Shown one piece after another: positions 38,971 through 58,168 of a stretch of 64,000 nucleotides of DNA. The stretch lies in assembly GCF_009914755.1 (NCBI RefSeq), contig NC_060928.1, one strand, 5' to 3'. How positions within the stretch are numbered: position 1 is the first letter of the stretch; every line of letters starts with the position of its first letter. The DNA is from the human T2T-CHM13v2.0 reference genome, Homo sapiens. The notes beneath the pieces were generated by a model. That model had not been told where the DNA came from. It did no database searches and saw only the letters and a program-made list of their open reading frames with translations. A program made the translations under genes and the position numbers.

Positions 38971-38984
38971 CGAAAGAGCACACT

Positions 38985-41604
<2,620 letters not shown>

Positions 41605-42995
41605 TTAAGAGAAAAGGAAGAAGAAAGTAAACTACTAGATCTGGAGTCTGGGTTACTGAATGGTGGTGTTATCATTTGAGATGGGAAAGTCTAGGGGATA
41701 ATCAAGCTTGGGTAAAAATCTACAGTTCAGGACTCAAGGCTTCCCATCATGTCTATTGGTGCAAGGCTGATTTTAGAGGAAATGGAGAAAATCAAAATGA
41801 CTCAGAACACCTATAGCTTTGCCAGCTTTGACAAGGACTCTCTGGACAAAAAGAGGGAACATTCACATTCTAAAGAATTTTCTTCCCAGGATTTCACAGT
41901 CTCTCCTCCAACTCTTCTCCACTCCTTTAGCTCTGGATCTGACAAGCAAACTCCTGCCACCAGAAAAGTGGTGAGGATATCCTTGCATTCCTCTCTCTGC
42001 CAGAAAGTGGAAAATTCCCGTGTCTTCTTTTTAGGTCAGAGAGTGTTGCAATTAAAGAGAAGACTTTTCCTAGGATAAGAAGGAAAGGAAACAAAAGTAC
42101 CAACCAGAGAAAACAAAGTGGAAGGAAAACGAAGAGTGTTTTCTGAGCTGCCGGGGTTCTGACCCGAACAACACAATGTTGAAAGAGCTGCGATGCTGGA
42201 GCTGCAGGGTGCAGGCGGGGGTGTCCAGGGCAAGGCAGGAGAGGGCGTCGGGGATCCTATATTATATGGTAGGCATGGTAGGTTCTGCAGAGGATTCCGG
42301 CACTCAAGCTTATAGTCATTGAACAACTTTGAATAACACAGTGTGGTCTGCATTTCAGAAGGATCCTTATGGTAAGATTGTGGGGGGTGAGGAGAAGAGG
42401 TGAAGATTGGAGTTGGGAGATGCAGTTAGGAGGCTGTGACCATAGTCTGGACAAGAGAAGGCAAGGACTTGAACTAAGGCCCTGGAGGCAAGAAGGAATG
42501 AAAGAAAGACTTGGTGCCAAGAATGATTTGGGAAGTCAATCTGGAGATTTCCCAGTTTAGGGAACTGGGCAGATTCTGATGGGGAGGGGAATGGGCTAGT
42601 CAAGGACAACGTCCAAGCTGAAGGGACCCTTGGAACTGTGACATCAACAACTGAGATAATACAGGACAAGAAGGAGGTTTACAGGAGCTTGAATAGGATT
42701 TGTTGACTCCTATGATCTGGTGAGAGCCTAAATCCTGTTTCTGCAAAAGTCGTCATTGTTCTGGTCAATCGATGCCCCACCCAGGCACTGAGTCACTGGT
42801 TCCATGCATTTGTTCATATGCTAATTTGTTCATAAAGTTCTGGGAAATTACTTTCTATTTCTTATCTCCTTGCTGTTTCTTCCTGGTCACCAAATACTCA
42901 GCCTTGCACGTAGAAGGTACTGTATCCAAATTACCTTTTGAATTTAGTGGCTTTTATACAGTTTGAACCATAATGCTAGGAAAAGGACACAGGAA

Positions 42996-43293
42996 GCCAG
43001 GCGTGGTGGCTCACGCCTGTAATCCCAGCACTTTGGGAAGTGGAGGCCAGCAGATTGCTTGAGCTCAGGAGCTAGAGACCAGCTTGGGCAACATGGCCAG
43101 ACCCCATGTCTACAAAAAATACAAAAATTAGCCAAGTGTAGTGGCACATGCCTTTGGTCCCAACTACCCAAGAGGCTGAGGTTAGAGGATTGTTTGAGCC
43201 CGGGGGTTGAGGCTGCAGTAAACTGTGACTGCGCCACTGCACTCCAGCCTGGGTGACAGAGCGATACCTTGTCTCAAAAAGAAAAAAAAAAAA
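42996..43293 (+). mobile_element. Alu (AluJ-like)
   Basis: Dimeric forward Alu. Confidence 0.92.
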
Positions 43294-43356
43294 GACAAAG
43301 GAACACTAAAGCCCACCCCATTTAGATGAGAGGAGAAAAAGAATGTTTTCCTTTGA

Positions 43357-43836
<480 letters not shown>

Positions 43837-44958
43837 TTCTACTCAGTTTCTGTGTGCAAATGGTGATAGAATGCTGCCCTTTCTTTCCGTGGCTGTGAAG
43901 AGCATCAAATAAGCTCATATATTCAGATATGCTTTGGAAGGAGTAAAATGGCATTGGAAATACCGGGCCATGTAAAATGGAATAGCAAAACTAAACTGAA
44001 AGGAAATGACCTGTATACTTCTATTGGTCCATCTGGATTTTGGAAGTATCAGGGTAATTGAAATATTTATTTTTCATTCAACCTTCAGGTAAAATGTAGA
44101 CCCAGCTGGTGTTTATCCTCTAAGTGGTGTGTGTAATTGCACGTGTGACACAAGGATGAGCTATTTGTCACACAGCTTTAGAATGAAACTTGAAAAGGTC
44201 ACAGAGAGGGCTGTGAATTTTAAGCTGTGCTCCAAGATGGAGTGCTAAGCAGCACCTATCAGAAAAGCTCTTCCTTTGTCCTCCAGGTGGGGTGAAGAGG
44301 GAACTCTTGAATCTCCAATGCCACTTTCTCAGGTTCTATTGGTGGCTTCAGTGAAAGCAAACAGGACTCAGACAGGCAGATAAGATAACCACTATCTGAA
44401 GTGTGAGCCTGCAGTTTTAAATTGCCTTTTATTTGGAAATACCTTCAATCTCATTTGGATGCTAAGGGAAAAACTTAAATCTATCACACACAGCCCTAGA
44501 CAACTTGTTTATTAAATGTGCAGAATAAAGATTTGATGCGAACTTCTATGGCAATAAACTAGGTTCATGGGTGGGTATTAGGTTAAACCAAATGAATCGC
44601 TGACATTCAAGGGATTTTTGGCTGCAACAGTTACACAGGCCAGAACTGCCTAATCTAATCCAGGTTCTGTCACTGGCAAATGCGAATCACCTACAGGAAT
44701 CTTTGACAGAATTTATATTAGTCATTCCTTACTTTTTGTGTGTGTGATAGTCTGGTGTGTCTCTAATTATCTCAAAATGTATTGAAGTATATCTTAAATC
44801 AAGTTTACTTTCATGTATCTTTACAAATAAAAATATGTCATTGCACTCTTATTTAGTACAATACGTGTTAGAGAATGAACACAAAGCTTGGAAATCATCA
44901 CGATCATGCCTGAATTTGACCAGAATAGAGACAGGCATTAAATCCGAATTATCAATAT

Positions 44959-44994
44959 TTGTGTGTGTGTGTGCGTGTGTGTGTGTGTGTGTGT
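44959..44994. repeat. (TG)n microsatellite with one CG interruption
   Basis: Directly visible. Confidence 0.95.
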
Positions 44995-45434
44995 GGTGCT
45001 ACTGGTGTCTGTAGCAACATAACTCAACCACAAATACATGAATCTTGTAGTTGGATAAATCATTTTTGTTCAGCCAACCTTTATTTTCTCAAGTGAACAA
45101 AATGCAGCTTCCCTCAATAATATCAGGTTTTTCACAGGGCTGCCATATGATATTATTTGATAATAAATATTTTCTATAATGCATGCTTGTTTTAGAATGT
45201 TATTTTTATGGAAGAGCTTCAGAAAGTTAAATCTTTTAATTCCACAACGAAGGCTAGTCTGTCAAAATACTGTTTTTTGTGATAATAAATGCAAAACCTA
45301 CTATGCCATTTCTTACCAGCAGCCAAGATTTTTTTTTTTTTTTAATGTTTGAGAATTTCAGCAGTTGATGCAAAGTGGACATTATGAGCCACGGATCTAT
45401 GTTACAGGAGCCAATTTTAGACATTTTAATTTGA

Positions 45435-46264
<830 letters not shown>

Positions 46265-46736
46265 TGGTTCTTCTTACTCTTAAAGACAGCTCAGACAGCA
46301 GCCCAAGAAGCCCCCCGCCCCGCCCCCCAAATCTCTTAGTTTGGGTAAAGCGCCCCGATTCCGTGTGGTCATGGCTTTATATTTGTCCCTCTTCCTGTTC
46401 AAATAACTTGTGCGCCTATATAGGGCCTGGCCCGCGGTGGAATGGACGCGGCTGCAGCTGGAATCGCATCACTCCCTCCTCCCCTCCCCCAGCACTGACA
46501 TACGAGCCCCAGTGTCCTGAGGATGACTCCAAACAGCGTCGGACCTTCAAGTGGAACCTCAGGCTTGTTAAGGAGTGGCCTGGAACTGCACCAGATTTTA
46601 GGGGTGCCTGGGGAGGCTTAGAGATGGGAGACGCCCTGACTTGGTTCCTTTCCAGAACATTTGGGAACACTTGGCTTGGTTTCAGTCACCAAATGCGGAC
46701 TCGCCCAGGGTGGACTTAGTTCTGAGGTGGCCTCTT

Positions 46737-46767
46737 GCTCCCTCTAGTGGTTTAGAAATCACTGCAG
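46737..46767 (-). promoter_or_regulatory. Candidate CTCF site with upstream (zinc finger 9-11) motif
   Basis: Minus strand reads CTGCAGTGATTTCTAAACCACTAGAGGGAGC; close to the CTCF core CCASYAGRKGGCRS, with TGCAG 11 nt upstream. Confidence 0.7.
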
Positions 46768-47456
46768 GCGGGTTAAAGACGGGTCTGGTTTTTCTCCGAG
46801 GAGGAATCCGCATTAACCATTTAGACATCTACTGCGCAGTGAAGTCAATTCATGACTACGTTTTTGAGCAATCCAATAATTAACCAAATGCACACACAAT
46901 AAGGACTTTGGACCGTCTTGTGGATCCTTGGAGGACCTTGGGTTCATTTTACAATGCAAACCTAACAGGCTGTAAGTACCCAAGGGATAATTGAAAATAT
47001 GCTTTAATCAAAGGCAATCACCCTGTCATTGTCAGCCTGTGAAACATTAGCTCGTGGAGCGGGATGAGAGCACGCAGTTCTCTTATCGCTCCAAGATAAC
47101 TCCACCAGGATGACAGAAAAGCATCAGATTTGGAGATGTCACCAGTCTGGAGTCTCAGTTACATTCAAATTTCATGATAGCCTATCCTTGGGGAACTGAA
47201 TTGTCTCTTTTGAACAAAGACAATTTCTTAGTTGAGTGAGTTCAGTCATTTTTTGATTCAATATCAGATCATTACAGTTCCTTTGGGACATAAAAACTAT
47301 CGTTTCCAGAGGCAGAGGAGTGTACTTTGCTATGTTTGTACCTGCCCTACACACAAACTTCTTATGCAACATACATTTTCTGAATGACTTAAAAATAATA
47401 GCTGAATATGGCATCTTTCTTCAGAATTGCACGAAGCTTTAAATATCACCTACTGT

Positions 47457-47588
47457 GGGGTGCAGCGGCGCATGCCTGTAATCCCAGCACTGGTAAGGCT
47501 GTAATGGGAGAATTAGGCTTTGATTTTCGGAGTTTGAAACCAGCCTGGGCAACATAGGGAGACACTGTTTCAATTATAAATAAATAAA
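47457..47588 (+). mobile_element. Alu monomer (FLAM)
   Basis: Single left arm; TAAATATCACCT repeated on both sides. Confidence 0.8.
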
Positions 47589-47823
47589 TATCACCTCCTC
47601 AGAGAAGATTTCCTGAGGCAGCAGACCAGCTTGGGCTTCCCACAGTGACGATGGCCTCCCACAGCACTGGGTGACCACAGAGCACTAGTCACGCCTGCCA
47701 TTTAATGAGGGCCTGGTTTGTTTTCCGTCTGTCTCCTCTGTCCAAAGCTGAGCTCCGTGGTTGGTTGTTTGTCCATGACAGCATGCCAGAGTCTAGCGCA
47801 GTGCCTGGTATAAGAGGTGCTGA

Positions 47824-48806
<983 letters not shown>

Positions 48807-49381
48807 CTCTAAAGGCATATTTTTAAAGCACTGAAAATTAAACAATAACAAAATACCTGGAAGCTCTGGAGGCAACAAAGACAGAAGGCCAAAAGTGTGC
48901 AGACTGTAAGAATAGAATACAGAGTAAGGGTAAGACTATAAAGAGGAATGAAAATATGAGGCCAGGAGAAAAGATACGGAAAAGAGAACGAATGTGTTCC
49001 TTCTTGTGTGTCCTTCAGCTTTCCTTCTGTATCACTGACTATCCAAAGAAAAATTTAGTTAAACAGGCAGCAAGTATGAATTGAATGCTGGGAAAGACAC
49101 ACATACATTTAAAATCCCACAGGAAAGTTATAAATGTGAGTAGGTCAGCAGAGAGGCACCCAGCCTTGGTAGGCCTCCTGGGATGTTATGTAGCTGGGTG
49201 TGTGTTTTCAGCCCTGCTATACCCCAGATTTCATTTTTGAGTGAGGGTGATTGCATTTGGAGTTAGAATGAGTAAACCATTTTTGACTTTATTAGTTAGG
49301 ATTGTTAAGGTTGGCTGTAAGTAATAGAAAAAAAAAATCAAAATAAGTGGCTTAACAAGAGAGAGAGAAGGTAGAATTTTA

Positions 49382-50352
<971 letters not shown>

Positions 50353-50977
50353 GAGAGACAATTTTATTTCTGTTACATTTTCAAGAAGGCAGGAGGTAGC
50401 TTATCAAGGTTTGTTTGGGGCTTAAGGGTGAGGGATCTTCTACTTGGTAGTACCACAGTGCTCAGTTTCCCTTTTCAAGGTGGCCTCATAGTCTAAATTG
50501 GCTGCTGAGGCCCCACTCACACACCTGCTTTCTACTCAGCAAGAAGACCAGACTGAGAAGGATGCATCCTTTTTTTAAAGACGCTTTTTAGCAGTTGCAC
50601 CCACAACTCGTGCTTACATCTTGTTGGCCAGAACTTTTCTTCATGACACATCGACCTGCAAAAAAGTTGGTGAAAGGAAGACTTCTGTTCCGGGGGGAAA
50701 AAAAACAAACTAAAATTAAAAATCAAGGACTCTATTACTGAGAAGGAAAGGAGAATGATTACTGGAGGCCAATATGCAATATGCAATCTACTTCACTGGA
50801 ATTGAACATATATTTTTTTGTTCCTGAAAATGAGTCCTGCCTCAGTCTCTCCAGGGCATGGTGAGGGGTGGGAGTGGTAGCTGGTAGAAAGCTAGTGTCC
50901 TTAAGACAAGGATTGGCTTTAATCCTGCTTTGGGTCTTTGGGTGATTTGAAATCCAAATGTGGATACAAATGTCTAC

Positions 50978-53728
<2,751 letters not shown>

Positions 53729-54929
53729 TCGATTATGCCCCTTTTAATGGATGAGCAAAGAGTCGAGGTTCCACTGGTTTTCCACTGCAGTGTCTCTGCT
53801 GAAGGATTAAAAAAAAAAAAATCACAGGGCTGTGCTGGACTCCTGGGACTTCCAGAGGACAAGTCCCTCTCTTCAGTGAGGCTGACCTACACAGAGCCAG
53901 CCCTCCTTCCCCTCCCAGCCACAGCTGTGTGTTGGAAAGCTAGAGGCCTGGGCCCCTAATAAAGAGCAGACCTCCCAATCTCCTCGTTCCTTCCCCCTCC
54001 CCTCATATGGTTTTTCAAATTAAAAGCAACTAAAACCAAAGACCTAAGGAGCAGGAGAGGGCAGAGGCACAACAACATCCCTAAACTGAGGAAGGGGGCT
54101 CTCTAGCGAGGGAGGGGGTATCCAAAAGCCAGATCCAGAGGGTTCCAGTCCTACCAGTCTGTCCCAGGCTCTAAGGAGTGTATGGCCCACCGGGCTGGGC
54201 TGGACCAGGAAACAAGCTCTTGTCCTCAGGTCTGTAAACAGGCTGCGTTGTTAGGAACCCTCTGCTTCTACTTCCTGAAGAGCAAGCCCCCCAAACCCAG
54301 AAGAGAGGCTGCACCTTGAGATCCAGCCAGCAAGGTGGGTGCGGAGTCCTGGGGAGGGAACTTTCACCTCAAGCTGCACAGACCCATCTCGATCTTTTTA
54401 GAGAATTCCTCCTTTTCCAGGACTAGTGCCGTTCTGAATTCTGAGCGTGCAAAGAGACTCCTTAGAGCTAGCTTCCGAGCCTCAGCTGGGGCAGACCAGA
54501 GGCCAGGGCGTCTCTCTGTCTGCGGGGACCCCCCACATCTGTGCGTCACCTCCACCACCTCCGGGCAAAGGACCCTTCCTCGCTGGACCCAGGGAGGCGG
54601 CTATTCCAGATGCAGCCAAGGGTTAAAGGGGGTGGGAGAAGGAGCAGTTAGCACCGTTTTCTTTTGCAAACCACCAAACGGGCCCTTCATTTTCAAATTG
54701 TGAAGCCAGAAACATCCCCCGTTCCCTTGCCCCGCCCATCACCATTTGAAAAAAAGAATTCACAAGTTTAAACGTGATTTTCACAACTAACGGCTTTGAT
54801 AACTGTTAAATTCGTACGGCTTCTAGGGCAAACGGACCTGAATTCTTCAAGGAAAGTAGAATTGGCGGTGGAGCTGGGGGGCAGAGGAGGAGAAGACACA
54901 AAAAGCCAACTCAGTGGGAAGCGCCCTCA

Positions 54930-57250
54930 AAGCCAAAGGTGTGGCGCTCGGAGCTGTGGCCGCCCTCGCCCGGGAGTCGGGGCCAGGAGAACGGGCCCTG
55001 GAGGCAGGGCAGGGCACGGCGAGATTTTGCTTTTGTTTTTAGTGACCATTTTGATCTGGTTGTAAAAAGTTTACGAGGCCTTCTTTTTGAAAGTCAGCTA
55101 ATCGACTGCACCTTTTTATACCCTTGCCCTCAATTTCATGTCGCCTGCTGGCCTAGACGCGCAAGGCGGAGGACAGAACTGTCACAGTCCCTACCCTTTT
55201 CTCCCAACTTCTCGGCCCGGCTCAATTCGGGAGTTGGGCCTCCTTCCTCTCGGCTCGCAGCCTCCCCGACTCCCACTTTGGGGAGAAAACCCACATTCTT
55301 AACCCCTTGATAATCCCTCAAGGAAAAAACAAAACAAAAAACCCCAAGAGGTTGAAAATTAGAATCCGGGCGCGGGTTGAGATCTGCGCAGAGCTGCCCA
55401 GGCCAGTGCATGTCGCTCCTCTCCTCCGGGTACATATGGTGGCCTGGTCCCCTCCCCCCACCCCCCACACGGTGCCCAGTGAGAAGCACAAGAAGGGGAG
55501 AAAAGACCCGCAGCCCGCCTCAGGAGGGCAAGGTTTCTAGCCCCCTGCGGCTCCGGGACCACCCAGGACCCGGGGCGTCGTGGGACCGATCTCGAAGGAT
55601 CTTAGAACGACACTGGGAGAGCGCGGCAAGAACTAGCCCCACCTTCCCCCGACGCCCCGGACTGACTGCCGGGCGCAGACCCGACTTCTCCCGAACCAGC
55701 CTCGGACCAGCCTTAGAAGGCGGAAAACAGGATTCAAACCCGCCTATGAGCAGTGGTAGGGGCGGGGGCTGTGGGGGCAGGACTCGGTTTAAGGAACCAA
55801 CCGCCTCGGTTCGAGGGCCTCCTGTCCGGAGGTTGCTCCTGACCACTGGGTTTATTTTGCTTTTGCAGAGGAGGCAGATGTTGACCTCTCTTCTTTGCAC
55901 AGTCTCTCCGCAAAATTTTCCCCCAACCATTTGCTTTCTTGCGCCACCCCCCACCGGGGCACTATCCCTGGAGTCAGCTCCTCAGGCCTTTAAACCTTCC
56001 AGAATGTCACACATGGAAACCTTTAGCAAATGTTTGTTAATGATCATAACAAAGGCATCATTCAAATTAGGCAGGTAATTACTACCAGAAGGACAACTGG
56101 GTGCTCGCTTGCTCATCCATTGCTTTCTGCTTTAAACTCCCGAGGAGTCGCTGCCTGGAGACACTCCCGCCCGGACTGCTTCTCGGGCCCCATTAAACGG
56201 CTCTGAAATGAACTGTGAAGTTACCATTTGTGGGCGGAGAGCGCTGGGGCCCTGCGGACGGAAGACCCTGGCTTGACCGGACTAACAGTGTCGCCGAAGC
56301 AAAGCAGCCCCTCTGGGTAGGCTGTCTGTCTCGCCTCCTACCCTCTGGGGCAACTAGCCTAAAAACCCGGTTCTCAACTTAACAGCATGTGGCCCAGCAC
56401 CCGCTTTTGCCTTTTATTCCGCACTCTGATTTTTGGGGGGATCGTTTGTTCCCGCTCATTTTCTACAAACATTACGGTATCCTGTTAGCATTCCGAACAA
56501 GGGGCTGTTCATATATTTGCCTTCAATGATTTCCTGAAGGGACATGTGGAAGTAATAGCGAGCGGTGCAGTCACCCAAGCTGAAGATGCACGAGAGCGGG
56601 TCGCGTAGAAGAACTGCGGCAATGGGACCCCCAGCGCAGCCCCAGGCGCCCTGTTTTCGAGGCTGACATCCCAAGATCCTGTCCTGGTTAGGCACAGCAC
56701 CGCGCCCGTTGGAGTACTTCTCTGTGACTCTCCCCTGTCCACTGCACTGTGTCCACCCTCCTGGTGAAGGAGGAGACGGCTGTTGGACATGCCAGTCCCA
56801 ACCTGGCCACTTTGGCCATTTTCAGAGTGCGTGTGTTGGGGTGGGGTTGAGGGAGAAGGATGAAGGATGACCCCCAACCCCAACAGGAGAATTCAAAAAT
56901 CAGAGAGCGATGAAGGTGAACGCGCTCCCCTCCCCCGCTGTCGCTGGGAAGCCCCACTCTGCCCAGGTCTGGTTCCTGGAGCATCAGCGCCCCCTTTCCC
57001 TCGCCGGCAGGATCGTTTCCTCCCGACACTGGCCTCTCGCCTTGGGCGCAGGGTTTGGGGCTCAGCTGTCAATTCCAAGGAATTCGTAGGGTTCGACCCA
57101 CGCGGCGGGAGGGAACGGAGGGAGAATCAAAAGGCATCCTCCCCCACGACGCGGAGGCGGTGGTACGATTCCTCAAACGCCCAAGCTTGAGCTTTTTTTG
57201 TATGCGAGATAGAAGCCAGGGCAACCTCGCCCAGATAACCCCGAAAACAA
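54930..57250. promoter_or_regulatory. Upstream CpG-rich region of the PDGFRA promoter
   Basis: GC-rich, many CpGs, no interspersed repeats recognised; densest at ~54930-55830 and ~56550-57250. Confidence 0.75.
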
Positions 57251-58045
57251 AGGCACGACCAGATAAGTGACTTCAAGGGAGTAAAGGTCGTTCTATCGGA
57301 GAACGTTCCAAACCTACACAGACCCTCTTTTCTTTGTACCGTATTTCAGACCACCCAGTCTTGTACACACACACACACCACACAAAACAAAAACCCATCA
57401 TTGTCATATTGGACTCAACAGTTTGCCCAATCCTATTAAATAACTAGCAACTATATAGCCCTTCCCCTAAAAGACCCCTAGTTCAAAACGGCGCAACCGC
57501 TTGGAGATTTCTCCCGAGGGCCCTATTTCTCGTTGGGCCGAGTTTGTAGAAGGGACATTTCTTGATTCTAGATTTATATTCTCTCTGGGTATTAAATGCA
57601 ATTTTGTATGTTCCTTTTCTTCTTTTCAAAGAGAATACAAAACTATAGCAGTCTAAGAAAATAACCCCAAAATGGGGAGGCAAACTCATTCTGGAAATGA
57701 TGGGCTGTTTGTAGTTTCACAAAACCTCTTTCCCGGCAGAGCACCAACACCTCCCCCTTCCACCACCCCCCATCCCATCTGGTCTGCTTCTCCCCGCCCC
57801 CCAGTTGTTGTCGAAGTCTGGGGGTTGGGACTGGACCCCCTGATTGCGTAAGAGCAAAAAGCGAAGGCGCAATCTGGACACTGGGAGATTCGGAGCGCAG
57901 GGAGTTTGAGAGAAACTTTTATTTTGAAGAGACCAAGGTTGAGGGGGGGCTTATTTCCTGACAGCTATTTACTTAGAGCAAATGATTAGTTTTAGAAGGA
58001 TGGACTATAACATTGAATCAATTACAAAACGCGGTTTTTGAGCCC
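57150..58045 (+). promoter_or_regulatory. PDGFRA: PDGFRA proximal promoter
   Basis: Immediately upstream of the recognised exon 1. Contains GATA motifs (57207, 57233, 57261), GLI consensus GACCACCCA (57349-57357), GC box CCCCGCCCC (57792-57800) and C/EBP-like ATTGCGTAAG (57843-57852). Confidence 0.9.
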
Positions 58046-58168
58046 ATTACTGTTGGAGCTACAGGGAGAGAAACAGAGGAGGAGACTGCAAGAGATCATT
58101 GGAGGCCGTGGGCACGCTCTTTACTCCATGTGTGGGACATTCATTGCGGAATAACATCGGAGGAGAAG
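57850..58168 (+). other. PDGFRA: PDGFRA exon 1 (non-coding 5' UTR); upstream start ~57850, a shorter commonly annotated start ~58046
   Basis: Matches the remembered human PDGFRA mRNA leader AAGAGCAAAAAGCGAAGGCGCAATCTGGACACTGGG...GGACATTCATTGCGGAATAACATCGGAGGAGAAG, followed by consensus donor GTAAGG at 58169. The ATG lies in exon 2, outside the window. Confidence 0.95.

Noticed and set aside
58004-58011. TATA box (ACTATAAC)
   Set aside because: Poor match to TATAWAW and 36-40 bp from the ~58046 start; the promoter is generally described as TATA-less.
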